From Octopus vulgaris (taxonomy: Eukaryota): 64,000 bases of DNA. Location: assembly GCA_951406725.2 (NCBI GenBank), contig OX597817.1, forward strand, positions 50,344,001 to 50,408,000, written 5' to 3'. The notes under the pieces are model-generated. The model was not told where the DNA came from and did no database searches. It worked only from the letters and a program-made list of their open reading frames with translations. The position numbers and the translations under genes are program-made. Below are positions 22,977 through 37,099 of the stretch, in pieces; position 1 is the stretch's first letter, and the number at the start of each line of letters is the position of its first letter.

Positions 22977-24532
22977 CTAGCATTATGACCCGTCGTTGCC
23001 GGGTCATAGTGCTGGTGCATGTATATATGTGTATATATATGTGTACATATTACATGTACATCTATATATATATATACATCTACACATAAAATACAAAATA
23101 CATGGCTATATCTTGATATCGCTAGTGATAACAATACTCAAAATATATAACAGACTGGAATTGTAGGCCCGTCTCTTGCAGTTTCGATCAATAGTATCTT
23201 GTCCTCCCTCTTGTATAGAAGTGTGGCTACAATACAGCCTACCTCTACTTCTGGGGGGACATTTTAAATTTTTATCCGGGACGTCCTAAGTCCCACATAT
23301 AAAGGTAAAAATAAAATATTTCCACTTTGCAAGGTTAGAGTCGAGTACTCCCTTGCACGCTCCGTTGACTCGAACCTTGCTTCTATTGTGGCGAATTAAC
23401 CGCCTCTGGTTAGATACTTGATATCTTTCATAGTCGCACCAAGACACTTTTCGATGGTGTTTTCCTCCAGGTGTTCAAATCTTTTTTTCTCTACATTGTA
23501 TACTTTATAGACAATAGCCTTTTTTTAAATTTTATTTTTTATTTCGTTTGGTGGTGTTATCCTAGATTCACCGTCTTTGTCGGTGATCAATCCGAAATAG
23601 GTTTGTATTTCTTACATTTAAATTTTAATGAGTTCGCGCCCGCCGACGGCCGCAGCGAAATTCATTTTTGGACTTTCTTCTATCGAAGGCATTCTAACAA
23701 AAATGCTTCCGTGTAAACGGTGAAAATATTATCAATTTCCCCAAACAGGGACACAATTCAATTTCTAAACAATAACCAAAGCTCCTTCCCCCAAAGGGGG
23801 AGGGTTACAGTTTACAATTATTTAACAAATGCAACACAACAACGTTTCCCTTACGAGGAAGCAACAAATGTGATAACAATAGTTAAACAGTAATAATAAT
23901 AACAAGAAACCTTACGGTGAATCAAAAAGCAGTACGCAGTTGATTTTATTTAATTTATTCCCATTCATGTGAAACCACTTATTCAAGTTCAAGTCATTGA
24001 TGCAATTTTATACCAATTGCTATTTTTACTTTTGTTATGTTACGATTATATTATACTTTAGTTTGATTTTAATTATTACTTACTACATATAATTCAATTA
24101 TTATTATCTCTATTTTTTATTGTTAAAGTGAAAGTATCTGACATAAAATAGAGAAATGTTTTTGTTTCACTTTTAACACGTAATACTGAAATAGTGGAGA
24201 AGATATGATATTGCTATGGGCTCGCCCCAGGCAAGAAATTGAACATCTTTTGCCCATGAAACTACATGGACCCTAAGCAAGGCATGTGTAAAATTTGAAT
24301 GAAATTGGTTGTGTAGTTCTCAAGTTTTAGGGAATCGTAGTGGAGAAGATATGATATTGCTGTGGGCTCGCCCTAGGCAAAAAGTTAAAATATCTTTTGC
24401 CGATGACACTCGCCGGACCCTAAGTAAGGCATGTGTAAAATTTGAATGAAATTGGTTGTGTAGTTCTCAAGTTTTAGGGAAACACACAGACAGACAGACA
24501 GGCACACATTCTCAGTTTTATATATATAGAGA
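22977..24532 (-). mobile_element. Non-autonomous Helitron, ~1.55 kb
   Basis: CTAG terminus with GACCCG..CGGGTC hairpin; TC-TATATATA 5' end; internal ~145-bp tandem duplication 24192-24480. Confidence 0.7.
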
Positions 24533-24565
24533 TACACATATATACAAAACACGCATATTGACATG

Positions 24566-24718
24566 TAAAAAGCAAATAAGTAATAAGGATGTCCAGGTAT
24601 TAGTGCATTACCGCCGTTTCAAGCGGCACCATTTAATTGATCAATGCAATCATTATATCAGTTTCAAATGGCCATAATGCACCAAAACTTGGACATCCTT
24701 GTTACTTATTTACTTTTT
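24566..24718. mobile_element. Small MITE-like inverted repeat
   Basis: AAATAAGTAATAAGGATGTCCAGG..GTGCATTA vs TAATGCAC..TGGACATCCTTGTTACTTATTT. Confidence 0.55.
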
Positions 24719-24805
24719 AATTACCTTACTTCGAGCTGTGCGGACAATAATGGACTGACTTGGTACCTCAACTCAAGCACCTAATTCAACTGTATCTTAA
24801 TTATT

Positions 24806-24837
<32 letters not shown>

Positions 24838-24929
24838 GCACCTATATATATATATATGATGGTGTAGAAAAATGTTGTTACCCATTGTGTCTTTTATCCC
24901 AATATTTACGCGCTATTTATAGCTTTCTT

Positions 24930-25115
24930 AAGATGGCGAACTGGAGAAATTTAGCACGTTGGACAAAGTTCTTAACCGCTGAGTTCAAATTCCGCTAAAG
25001 TTGACTTTGCCTTTCATCTTTCGAGGTCGATTTAATAAGCACCAGTTAAGAACAAGGGTCAATGTAATCGATCAATCCCCAACCCAGATGTCTCAGTTCT
25101 TGTGCCTGCAATAGA
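24930..25115 (+). mobile_element. SINE family 1, degenerate
   Basis: Head and core homology. Confidence 0.65.
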
Positions 25116-25178
25116 CTGGATTAGCTATAGCTTTATTTTCATCGGGAAACGTTCCGATATATATATATATATATATAC

Positions 25179-25236
<58 letters not shown>

Positions 25237-26109
25237 ATGTGTGTATGCGTGTATTTTTATATGTATGTATGTATGTATATACAGATCTTTTAAGTTCGTT
25301 TATGTAAAACGTTTTTGAACTTTTGAACGCATTCATAAAATGCCCCCATACTCTTTATTCCCATCTTCCAGAGTAATTTTATGGAATGGATATTAATCTG
25401 CTACCGTTACAAGCGTAGGGTAAATATAGTATTTACGAGACCTTTTGAGTTGAAATTCATAAATCCTTTAATGCATTGCTACGTACGTTTCCACAAACCA
25501 CATACATTTGTTTCTGCATTCCCAATCCTATCATATAATATTTTTGATATCATATGGATGTGAAATGGACATTAAAGTTTCAAAATCTATAATATTTCAG
25601 TGGATATTTTTTCAGCCCTCCTTCCATGTACACATTGGAACAATTAGGATGTGACAACTGGAAGCCAAGACGGTTATAATAGCGTTCGGCCGATAAGTAA
25701 TTCAGTAGACCAAAGCAACGTAAAATGACCGTGCCACTAAGTCCAAGTTTCGAATGCTAGACCTAATGAATGCTAGCTGAGCATCAGACGCTGTCTGTAT
25801 TTTAATGACGTAGAATTTAATCAGCTTCATGTTTGGCTCAATTCCAACTTTCCGTTGGAATTTTTTCATGGATTTTATATAAAATTCTCCTACCTAAAGT
25901 AAATGTGCTGTCATTTCTTAGATTTCACCATCAATCTTTTTATCGTATATATTTTTTTCATACGGGAATCTAAATCCTCGAATCGTCTGATCCATATAAA
26001 TCTTTTGATGAATTATACGTTATTTAGTTTGTCTGTTAGATACGGCATCACTAGTTAAGTCTATTAAATCTCTTTTCAGTAGTTTATATTTTGAATGTCT
26101 AGAATATCT

Positions 26110-26420
26110 GTGTGCCGATAACGATGCGTTTGAAATGTGGATGTATAGGAGAATGTTACGTCGAACAAATGAATGGGTGTTACAAGTAGGTAAAAGACGA
26201 CAGACCCTACACAGTGGGAAAAACAAAAGCTCACCTATTACGACCATATTTAAAGAAGCAGAGGTTTGAAAAACAGAAGAGACAGCAAATAACGCAATGG
26301 ATGGGTAATATCAAGAACTGGTTGGAGCAGATAGGCAAGGCAGATGGAGAACTTGCGCTTAATCGGGAGGATTTTGTTGTAGTGTTATCGATGAGCGGCA
26401 TGCCTATGATACATGACGAT
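26110..26420 (+). mobile_element. RTE-like LINE 3' fragment
   Basis: DAFEMWMYRRMLR motif, typical of the RTE ORF C-terminus. Confidence 0.65.
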
Positions 26421-28107
26421 GACGAGTCACTCGAGCTACAAGAGATATAAGGCTGATGCCACACAAATCATATCCTATTTATTGTAATGTCTTTCATCAT
26501 AGATTTACTTGATCTCAGCTGACCCAATGCTAAACAAACACAACCGAGCTTCTATTTGAAATTAGACTGGAAACTTGAAGTGCCTATGTCGTATAAAACT
26601 GAGCTGTCAATAATTGTCCCTTGCACTTGAGTTCGAGTTCTTATTTATCCAAACTGATTTTGGTTAGTTTTTCACGAGAATTTTCATTGCGTTGCGCAAG
26701 TCAACTTACTTGCCTTAGGAAAACTTGTCCGACAACGAAATAGAGGCATATAATTCATCTTTCATTCTATGGTTATTTGATTATTGTGTCTTCTTTGTTA
26801 CGAATTCTTTATTTCAGTCATGTTGATTGTAAGTTACAATCTGAGGCATTTGCGGTAGTCTCTATGTGCTCATCCAAAAGCTCTACTCTCTAAAAATGAT
26901 TTTTGCTTCTCTGCAATATGCTTGTCCACATCAAATGTATTGGACCTATATGTCCTTTCTTGAAGAAAAGTCTAGAGTAAAACATCCTCGCATTGAATGT
27001 ACGATTTATAAATTTATTCCCCCAAGATTCTGTACAGAGCTTGAAGGAAATAACGGATGACATATCTTTTGACGTGTTGCTGAAATGCAGAACTCAAATC
27101 CAGCTAGCCGGAAAATTATAAATAAATGTTTGAATAGAAAAACTATAAGAAGCAGGCTTCATAATTCTATTAAATAACTAAGAAGACCTTCCTGATCACT
27201 ACACGATAGACAACAACAAACAACAGCATACGAACATAAATAAACACATACACCTGAAAATGCAAATACATACATATATATATATACACGTACGCACGCG
27301 CAGATACACACAGATACGTGTTTACGTGCGAGTTCTTTTGCTGTTTTTCGTTTTGTTTTAAATATATTTAGATGGATTTTTACAAAAAGAAATACTTAGG
27401 TAAATAATATCATATCGAGCTGAATAACAGAGCTGAATATTTCAAAATTACAAATAGGGCAAAATATCTGAATATCGATTATAAACATATATCATTTGAA
27501 ATTCTTTAATTATTCTTATATGAAACTTGTGTCGTAGACAAAAAAAAACTCAGAAAAATAAATACATAAATATACTTAAATAATCAATGTTGGAAAATTG
27601 AGAAAATTTTATAAAAGAGCAAAACATATTTTTCTGAGCTATATTGCTTTGTTTTATTTCTTATATACATCCATTTATTTATTTATATAATGTTTGTGTT
27701 TCATTTTATTTATCGTTTATCCGTTTCACCAAAGCGATATGTATCATTTAACTAATCAATGCTTAAATTGTGCATAAAAACAGATATAAATATATATAAA
27801 ATAGAAGAGAAACGAACTACTTTATATTCAAATCTCATACTTGGAATTAAATTCCAGGTAGAATGTTATAAATAGGAAAAAAAATTAATTTGGAATCAAG
27901 AGGAATTTATAAGGGGAGAGCAATTTGTTTTCTAAGAAACAACTAAAGGCAACATTATAAAACAAATTTGTTTTGAATAAGCAAAATATTTAAGAAGGAT
28001 AGCTTCTTACAACACGAATATCGGAAACTTTAGAAACCTTTATATATTTTTCAAACACAAAGCTCTATTATTAGGAGAGAACTGAATTAAAAAAAAACTG
28101 AATCTAT

Positions 28108-28515
28108 ATATTTCTTTATTGCTCACAAGGGGCTAAACATAGAGGGGAGAAACAAGGACAGACAAACGGATTAATGTCGATTACATCGACTCCGGTGCCA
28201 AATTGGTACTTTAATTATCGACCCCGAAAGGGTGAAAGGCAAAGTCGACCTCGGCGGAATTTGAACTCAGAACGTAACGGCAGACGAAATACCTATTTCA
28301 TTACTACCCACAAGGGGCTAAACACAGAGGGGACAAACAAACAGATTAATCGATTACATCGACCCCAGTGCCTTAACTGGTTCTTAATTTATCGACCCTG
28401 AAAGGATGAAAGGCAAAGTCGACCTCGGCGGAATTTGAACTCAGAACGTAACGGCAGACGAAATACCGCTAAGCATTTCGCCCGGCGAGCTAACATGTCT
28501 GACAGCTCGCCCCCC
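28108..28515 (-). mobile_element. SINE family 1 tandem dimer
   Basis: Two bodies joined at GAAATAGGTATTTCGTC. Confidence 0.88.
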
Positions 28516-28569
28516 AAAATCTAAATCTATACAGACACCACCATGTTCTTTGTTATAACTAAATTTATA

Positions 28570-29641
28570 CAGGGTGGTGCACGAAAAAGTAGCCGTAACA
28601 TAGTGTAAATACCGAAATAAGTGCTAAAGATGGTACACTAGTCAACTGTTTGCTACGTTATCCTCGCCGCATCCTCACCACGTTAGTTGATAGTAATACT
28701 GCCTTTAGTGCATATCTCTATCATTTTTGCAAGATGACATGCTCAACAGCAGAAAGAATAGAGTTTATGGAAGCGTTTGTGAGACCAGGTTCTGTCAAGC
28801 AAATACGTGAAATTTTGAAGTCATGTTACTAGTAAAGAGAATAATAGGCGCAGGAGTGGCTGTGTGGTAAGTAGCTTGCTTACCCACCACATGGTTCCGA
28901 GTTCAATCCCAACGCGTGGCACCTTGGGCAAGTGTCTTCTACTATAGCCTCGGGCTGACCAAAGCCTTGTGAGTGGATTTGGTTGACGGAAACTGAAAGA
29001 AGCCCGTCGTATATAAATATGTATATATATATGTGCGTGTGTGTGTGTGTGTGTGTGTGTATTTGTGTGTCTGTGTTTGTCCCCCCTATAACATCGCTTG
29101 ACAACCGATAGAATAAGTACTAGGCTTCCGAAGAATAAGCACTGGGGTAGATTTTCTCGGCTAAAGGCGGTGCTCTAGCATGGCCGCAGTCAAATGACTG
29201 AAACAAGTAAAAGAGAATAGAGAAATACAAATGTTCATTAACAAGTGACGCACTAAGAGATCAGTGCACAAAACTCCAAAGCAAAGAAGCCCCTACAGTT
29301 CAAATGCCTGAAGCTATTCGACAAATGGTTACTCAAAGTTCAATGAAGTCAACACTGAAATTGGTGTTGCGGTCTCACATAAGCAGGAGGTCATGCGGAC
29401 GGATGTTGAAAAGTCTAAATTCGAAGCCATATCTGTTCACGTGTGTACAGCAATTAAAAGTGGATGACAGCAGTAAACGAGAGAATTACTTCACGCGATT
29501 TCTGAGTTGCAATTACAAGCAGTCGAAATAACACAACGTCAATTGCAAACGAAAGGCTTGGTGCTTCTTCATGCGTTTAAATTTCTTTCCCTATTCACGC
29601 TATGCCACGAAACCCGGGATACGTTTTTGTGTGCCACTCTG
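28570..29641 (+). mobile_element. Tc1/mariner-superfamily element (DUF4817-type HTH), internally deleted
   Basis: TA|CAGGGTGGTGCACGAAAAAGT ... ACGTTTTTGTGTGCCACTCTG|TA; remnants STAERIEFMEAFVRPGSV and ISRRSCGRMLKSLNSKPY. Confidence 0.75.
28847..29217 (+). mobile_element. SINE family 2, full length, nested in the transposon
   Basis: GGCGCAGGAGTGGCTGTGTGGTAAG head, GAGTTCAATCCC B box, consensus tail. Confidence 0.9.
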
Positions 29642-29711
29642 TATGTAATACATACAAGCATTCATATATACATACATCATACATATATGTATGTATGTAT
29701 GTCTGTATGTG

Positions 29712-29776
<65 letters not shown>

Positions 29777-29834
29777 GTATATATATGCATATATACACAG
29801 TATACGTATGTGTGCAAGTATGTATGTACGTGTG

Positions 29835-29940
<106 letters not shown>

Positions 29941-29962
29941 AAGATATATGTATGTATGTCTG

Positions 29963-29996
<34 letters not shown>

Positions 29997-29998
<2 letters not shown>

Positions 29999-30224
29999 GG
30001 AGTAAACACATAAATGTGAAACAAGGTGGAAAAAAGAGTACTCAAATACCAGTGGTAGAGTAATATGCTTTATTTAAAGCAGCAGAAAATTCAACAATAT
30101 CTGTTACTCTGAGTTTCTCGTTGCCGTTCATCAGACAGTTTTTGCTAGAAAAAACTGTCTGATGAACGGCAACGAGAAACTCAGAGTAACAGATTTTGTT
30201 GAATTTTCTGCTGCTTTAAATAAA

Positions 30225-30225
<1 letters not shown>
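29997..30225. mobile_element. Palindromic family B element, second copy
   Basis: Near-perfect palindrome 30068-30225 (one arm mismatch, short apex); same tail and breakpoint as 2458-2693; TA runs on both sides. Confidence 0.85.
30151..30197 (+). ncRNA. Minimal hammerhead ribozyme, canonical core (mirrored on - strand)
   Basis: CTGT-CTGATGA(30159-65)-ACG-GCAA-CGA-GAAAC(30176-80)-TCAGA-GTA-ACAG. Confidence 0.75.
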
Positions 30226-30275
<50 letters not shown>

Positions 30276-30330
30276 TATATACACAGTATACGTATGTGTG
30301 CAAGTATGTATGTACGTGTGTATGTATGTA

Positions 30331-30363
<33 letters not shown>

Positions 30364-30469
30364 GCTTATATATCTAAGCACACACGTACAAATACAGTCA
30401 GTCATATAAACGCATTTGTATACGCTAACACACACACATATACACACATATATACACACACATAGAACG

Positions 30470-30810
30470 TATGCTGCTGAGACAGCCTTCGGTCATGACT
30501 GACTGTGGGTCTGCGCCTAGAAAGTTACCCTCCCAGGAACAAGTCCCGGCAAGGTGGAAGTCTAGCAGTCGCCCATGCATACCGGCATCCCCTCTCCACG
30601 CCACCAGTGTTATCCTTGAGAAAAAGGCAACAGCAGATACAGCTTGGCACCTGTGATGTCGCAACTCATTTCTACAGCTGTGTGACCTGGAGCAATGTAA
30701 AATAAAGTGTCTTGCTCAAAAACATAACACGCTGCTCGGTCCGGGATTCGAACTCACAACCTCACGATCGTAAGCTCGACGCTCTAACCACTGAGCCTTG
30801 CGCCTTCACA
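30470..30810 (-). mobile_element. SINE family 3, full length
   Basis: Minus strand GGCGCAAGGCTCAGTGGTTAGAGCG..GAGTTCGAATCCC tRNA head, then TTGAGCAAGACACTT. Confidence 0.8.
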
Positions 30811-32310
30811 GAACGTATGATAGTATACACTAAAACACTTTTGTATGAGTGTATATGTGAGTTTATGAAGAAAGAAAAAGAGTACTTTAAGCATATGTCA
30901 CCAATCAAGTTTGCTTCCTTCGTCACGACATATGAACACGCTGCATTATATACAATTACTGATTATGTTACATCTGTCATTTATCAATAATTAAACAGTG
31001 TTATAGTTGGTGATATATATATATATATATTTGCAAATCACACCTGAAATATTCATTTTGAATTAAATATTTATATTTTGAAAATTAATTACCATTTCAT
31101 TTTTTTTTATGTTTTCGTTTTGTTTGTACGTGTATCATGAAATTTGAAGGAAAATATATCTTTAATTTCTTTTACTTTCACGATTTTCATTTTCATCTCA
31201 GTAAAACGGCGCGCTGGCAGAATCGATAACGCGCTTGATTGAATACCTCTGTAACTGGTTCATTGTGGAATGAGAAGCAGGTTAGTACTAAATTGTGTAC
31301 AAAATCTTATCGAAAACAACGACAGCGGCGGTGAACAAGTAAGGTACATACATTGTGTATGTGTGTTCGATAATGTTTAGAATACTGGCGCTGCTTCTAA
31401 TTCGTATTTAATTTTATTCCTATGTATGCATCTTTCGTACATACTAGCAGATGGTTTTTACACCGTGTCCCTGACTATATGTAAAAACATATAGTCAGGG
31501 ACACGCTATTCAATTTACCTCCGGTTCGGTTGAGATACGTGAGATGATAAGCCACACATGTTAATAAGCCAAAATATCTGTCACTCCTCAATGGGCCTTG
31601 GGATGAGTTCTCTCGCCTGTCTATGGCTATGACTTTTAGGTTTTTTAACACCCGGCGCTTTGAAAGAGTCATCTCCATAACATCAAATCGCAGCCGCCTG
31701 GCAAACACACTGTGTGTGTTTGATAATATATATATATATATATATGAATATGAGGATACAAATCACATTAATGATTTTTATCAAGTAGTCAGCATGCTAT
31801 AAAAATTTATTGGCCATTAAATACAGTAAATTAATAATAATGTACATATGTATATAATTATATCAAGGGAACTAGGGCGAAAACGACAATGCTTGAAGTG
31901 CCGATACCTTCAAAAAACTAACAAAAATTCCTGCTAAATCCACACATGGCTGAAAGCGGACTAGTGAGAAAAATTAAAAAGGCCTCACGTTATTTGTGAA
32001 TATATGGGGGAAGATATAATCTAAATAATTGCACATACCGTGTAAGTTCAATTATAAGTCCAAATAATTGTGCATAAGTTCACACGTTTACATACAAATA
32101 TTTGCACGAACAGATCCAAGGAAAGTCCATATATAAATTTCCTCACGACAGCTAACGTGTATGTTATAGGAACAGTGAAGCAGTAAATGCTATTCTGGTC
32201 TGGAGTAAAAATAATTATTTTATTTAAATTATTTATTAAATTATGAAAGAATACCAGGATAAGAATCGCGTTATGATATTTGTGTGTGCATGTGTATATA
32301 TTTATGTATG

Positions 32311-32360
<50 letters not shown>

Positions 32361-32368
<8 letters not shown>

Positions 32369-32677
32369 TAAATTAGAGACAAAACCACTATTAGGCAAAT
32401 CAAACAATGAAAAACTTAAGCCAATACATATGATTAATTTATATTATTTAAATATGTAACAAAATTATTAAAAAAATATAATTAATATCACACTACGATC
32501 GTTTCATGCCTGCTGTCTTCAAATTTTTGAGTCGCAGTCATTCATCAGGTGGTTTAAATATTTTTCTTGGCGAGGTTTAAACACTGTTTGATTTGCCTAA
32601 TAGTGGTTTTACTATAAAATTGGATTCAATCCTAAATCTGATTTTTCCCTGTAAGTTTGGATTTATTCCCTAATATT

Positions 32678-32680
<3 letters not shown>
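32361..32680. mobile_element. Family D TA-embedded inverted-repeat element with hammerhead
   Basis: Arms AAAACCACTATTAGGCAAATCAAACA (32381) / TGTTTGATTTGCCTAATAGTGGTTTT (32586); TA runs on both sides. Confidence 0.75.
32491..32551 (-). ncRNA. Type I hammerhead ribozyme, intact core
   Basis: CAC-CTGATGA-ATGACTGC..GCAGGCAT-GAAAC-GATC-GTA-GTG; stem III is the 8-nt palindrome ACGATCGT. Confidence 0.8.
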
Positions 32681-32754
<74 letters not shown>

Positions 32755-32757
<3 letters not shown>

Positions 32758-32955
32758 TTATGTTTCTGTGTCCCCCCAGCATCGCTAGACAACCGATGTT
32801 GGTGTGTTTGCGTTCCCGTAACCTAGCGGTTGGGCAAAAGTGGGCGATAGATTCAGTGCTGGGCTTACAAAGAATAAATTCTGGGATCGATTTGTTCGAC
32901 TAAAAGACGCTGCTCCAGCATGGCCGCAGTCAAATGACAGAAACAAATAAAAGAA
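32755..32955 (+). mobile_element. SINE family 2, 3' half
   Basis: Consensus tail module after (TG)n. Confidence 0.8.
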
Positions 32956-33099
32956 TATATATATATATGGTAAATAAAAGACGGAAGAATCGTTTTAATC
33001 ACGACAATTGATTCAACACATCTGGCATCGATCCCTCACAAGTTGGTAATAACTGGTTCAGGAACATATATATATATATAAATAAATATATAGATATAG

Positions 33100-33235
33100 C
33101 TGAAATTTATAGAGAAGCAAAAGACGAAGATAGGTGTATGAACAACATGCAAGTGCTAGGGAAGATGAAAAAGTCTTTTACGTTTCGAGCATACGCTCTT
33201 CAGCAGAAAGGAATACGGGAATGAAGAGAGAATGA
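33100..33235 (-). mobile_element. Family C TA-embedded element with hammerhead variant at 33175-33210
   Basis: CTTT-CTGCTGA-A-GAGC-gtat-GCTC-GAAAC-GTA-AAAG. Confidence 0.6.
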
Positions 33236-33989
33236 ATATATATATTTTCCGGCCTATTTAACATCGTCTTATAATACATTCTTACTGATCTTACTTCTAC
33301 ATGCACGAAAAGAATCAATTATATTTTTGAATAATTTGTATAATCAGAACTAAAATTAATTATGGGAAACAAATGAAATGGACCAATGTTATGAATATAA
33401 GTAATTATGTTAATTCTTATCTACTGGGAACAGCGCTCACTAAACTATTTATTCAAATTTGAGTTGTTTCTCCAATATTTTGAGTTATATTTATGTAAAT
33501 TATTCTTGACGCAAAATACAATTTATGTTAATTTACCAGGAGTGAGAGTATGGTACAGCTTATCACCAAAAGTACTAATAGGTGTAACCTTTTTTCGACG
33601 GTACTGAGGCTGCTCCCATACGCGACTGATTCTATTTACGTCAATTTGCTTCGACAATCTATCATACAAAACACGTGAACTTCTTCGACAATCTATCGTG
33701 TCAAACATTCAAGTGGACGTTAAGGATATAGAGCTTTATTTATAACAAGACGGAGTTCTCCCACATGGTATGGTAATGTAAAATAATCTACTTTAAGGGT
33801 ACAAGTTACCAAAAGTGTGGGTTGGGTACAGAGGTCAGAAGAATAACTTCTGCGTTCACCGGTCTGCACGCTTCTAGACTCTCTATCGGGAAACAGGAGC
33901 TTACTAAGAAATACCAAATTAACAAAAGTGACAGTGAAGTTCTTCGAGATCCAAGATGCAGCCAAAAATGTAGATTGTAGATTGTTAGA

Positions 33990-34180
33990 TTTCTGCACAA
34001 AGCCGGATTTTACAGGAGAGCTGCAATCAGAAACCACTATGTTCAAAAACAAACGTTGCAAAGCGTTTAGAGTGGAGTAAAAACCTACAGAATTAGTCCT
34101 TAGAACAGTGGAAGAATGTCCTTTTCTCGGTCGAGTCATTCTTTATCTTATTTCTGACAACCAGCCGAGTATATTTGGGA
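33990..34180 (+). mobile_element. Tc1 transposase fragment (same family as 13437-14660)
   Basis: Near-identical to the reverse complement of 14030-14215. Confidence 0.8.
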
Positions 34181-34877
34181 TAAGTGGCAGCCCCAAAATG
34201 TCTCCAAAGTAATAACTCCCGAGGCGACTCGATGCTGTCGCAAAAACTATATGCAATGCCACCTGTAAAAGTGACCGTCTTGGAATAAATATTGAGATAG
34301 CTTCTGTTAATTGAATACTTACACAAATGGTTAGCACAAAGGATACTGGTGGAACATATCTCATCAATACATCTATGAAGTTTAAGCAATGAGATACAGG
34401 ATTTTGTTGTTTAGAACAGGCAAGAAAAAGTATGTACCGTCATACGGGCTAGTTGTCGCACTGACGGGAATATCTCTTTGAAAATCAAAGAAAACGGGAT
34501 AACTGTGGAAAGCTGCTTTGAAACCTTCGGTTTCGGTTTCTACATCCAGTTATAAATTCATGTTTATAACAATAATACTTCGTGTTATATGCAGAAGGCC
34601 TGAAATTTGGGGAAGCGGACTAGTCGATTACATCGACCCCAGTGTTTCACTGGTACTTAATACCTTTGTTAGAAACCATTCCTTTCCTCAGAGACAGAAT
34701 TTAAATAATAAAAAGCAGAATAGAGAATACATATATACATACATAAACGCGCGCAAACACGCATGAATACATACATACATACATACATACATACATACAT
34801 ACATACATGCATATGTGAGTGTGCATTTGTGTGTGTGTTTATGTTTGTATATATGCATCCATGCATGAATGAATGTA

Positions 34878-34908
<31 letters not shown>

Positions 34909-35065
34909 ACGTATGTATGTATGTATGTATGTATGTACCCTCGTCTTTAGTCACCTATAATATATCCGCACACACAGGCCCCCATGCCACTTATTGCACT
35001 CAAATTTTAGTCCCAAGAATTTCAGTTCTCTGGTATATACATCTTGGATATACTCTTCTGCAACA

Positions 35066-35180
35066 TCCCTTCAGGGTCGATATATTAAGTAGCAGTTGCG
35101 TACTGGGGTCGATCTAATCGACTGGTCCCCTCCCCAAAAATTTCATGCCTTGTGCCTATAGTAGAAAAGAATATTCCAAT
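35066..35180 (+). mobile_element. 5'-truncated SINE family 1 with ~18-bp target-site duplication
   Basis: ATATACTCTTCTGCAACA flanks both sides (~35048 and ~35181). Confidence 0.7.
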
Positions 35181-35274
35181 ATATACTCTTCTGCAACAGC
35201 CAGTTTTTAACTGTTCAAGAAAAGCCTTAACGCCACTGCGAAGGGTATACAATCAGACATTTCCTCCAGACACC

Positions 35275-35485
35275 CACAAAATATTATGCTTCATAATATT
35301 TCCAAAGATTTCCTAACGAGAGGTATTACTAATATCTATGAATTTTGAATAGACTATATTATATCTCGTGAGACGAATACCCAAACCAAATGCACGCTTT
35401 CATTCCTTTCTTTCTGACTAGAATTTCTAAATAATTTCCCTAAACACTAACGTCAGCTTCCCTTTGAATCGTCATCTTCTTTTTA
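35275..35485. repeat. Dispersed repeat, inverted copy at ~44812-45000
   Basis: CTCGTGAGACGAAT..CACTAACGTCA..TTTGAATCGTCATCTTCTT matches the reverse complement. Confidence 0.7.
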
Positions 35486-35932
35486 GGCTTTCTTCCTTTA
35501 AATCAATTATGTCGACTGGAAGCGATAAATCTTTCCTAATTACCGAAATATTTATACGAATCTGAATAGGAACAATAATATTCTAGCAAATGTGAATATT
35601 CTTTATTTATATGATTTGTGACTGACATGCAAATTGGTGTCGTTGAGTATCTTGGTAAGAAATTTCTGGAGGATTTAGTTCGGTAATTGGTGCTATAAAG
35701 TTCAGGTTAATATACACACACGCACACGCGCGCGCACACACACACATATACGCATTCACACACATACACACACAAACACACGCTGTGTATATGTATAGAT
35801 ATGCGTATGTATATGCGTGTGCATATATATATATACATATATATATGTATGTATATATATATATATATATATATACACACAAAGATGTACATATTTACAT
35901 GAATACTTGTATTTATACATTTAAGTACATAT

Positions 35933-36023
<91 letters not shown>

Positions 36024-36031
36024 TGTATATG

Positions 36032-36101
<70 letters not shown>

Positions 36102-36447
36102 ATATACAAACATCTATATATACTTATATGTATATATACATTCATATGTATATATATATATATATATGTATATACATTTACACACACACACACATGCATA
36201 CAGTTATATATATATATTTAGGTATGTATATTTATAATGTGTGTGTGTATTCACATATGTATGTATATATGTATGGATTTATATATATGTATGCACGTAT
36301 ATGCATCCATACCTGCTAGCCTGAACTCAATAGCATCAATTAAATACACATGTGTGTATCGATGCATGTATACATGCATGCTTATGTTGGCTTGAACTTT
36401 ACAACACAAATTATATCATAGCCAATAAGCAATATTCGAATTTGAAA

Positions 36448-36665
36448 AGGCGGCGAGCTGGCAGAAACGTTAGCACGCCGGGCGAAATGCTTAGCGGTAT
36501 TTCGTCTGCCGTTACGTTCTGAATTCAAATTCCGCCGAGGCTAACTTTTCATCCTTTCGGGCTCGATATATTAAGTAGCAGTTGCGTACTGGGATCGATC
36601 TAATCGACTGGTCCCCTCCCCCAAAAATTCGTGCCTTGTGCCTATAGTAGAAAAGAATATTCCAA
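36448..36665 (+). mobile_element. SINE family 1, full length (alternative tail)
   Basis: GGCGGCGAGCTGGCAGAAACGTTAGCACG head, core, GTGCCTATAGTAGAAAAG tail. Confidence 0.9.
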
Positions 36666-37099
36666 TTTGTGGGTACAGACTGAAGTAGAAATTTCTTTCA
36701 ACACCGTCGATAGAAAATATATAAACACTTTGTTTAAAGAACTTAACAACACGCATTGTACACTCCCACATAACTGAACATATTTAACAACTTAATGCGG
36801 ATATCGTTCACTCAGATCTGCATCGGTCAGGTAATTGTAAATTTGTTGGATATCTTTTAGTTCTGAGTTTCAAATAATCCCCGATTCGTCACATTTATTT
36901 AAATCATTGAAGGAAAAGGATGACGAGTCTTTTTTTCTGATATGTAATGAGAAATTATCAACAACGAGGCATTAGGTTTCGCTTTCCATGGTAAGTGTAC
37001 TGGGAACTCGTACTTGGGTATCCAGTGTCCTGGACGGAACTCTGAAGCGATGTGCCCCTTATTGCTGTCGCTTACATCTAGTCAAGCTTCAAATAAACT

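Noticed and set aside
36985-36998. ATG followed by a GTAAGT donor (possible first exon); similar donor-like sites at ~31349 and ~56949
   Set aside because: No supporting downstream exons or protein homology are visible, and such matches are expected by chance.
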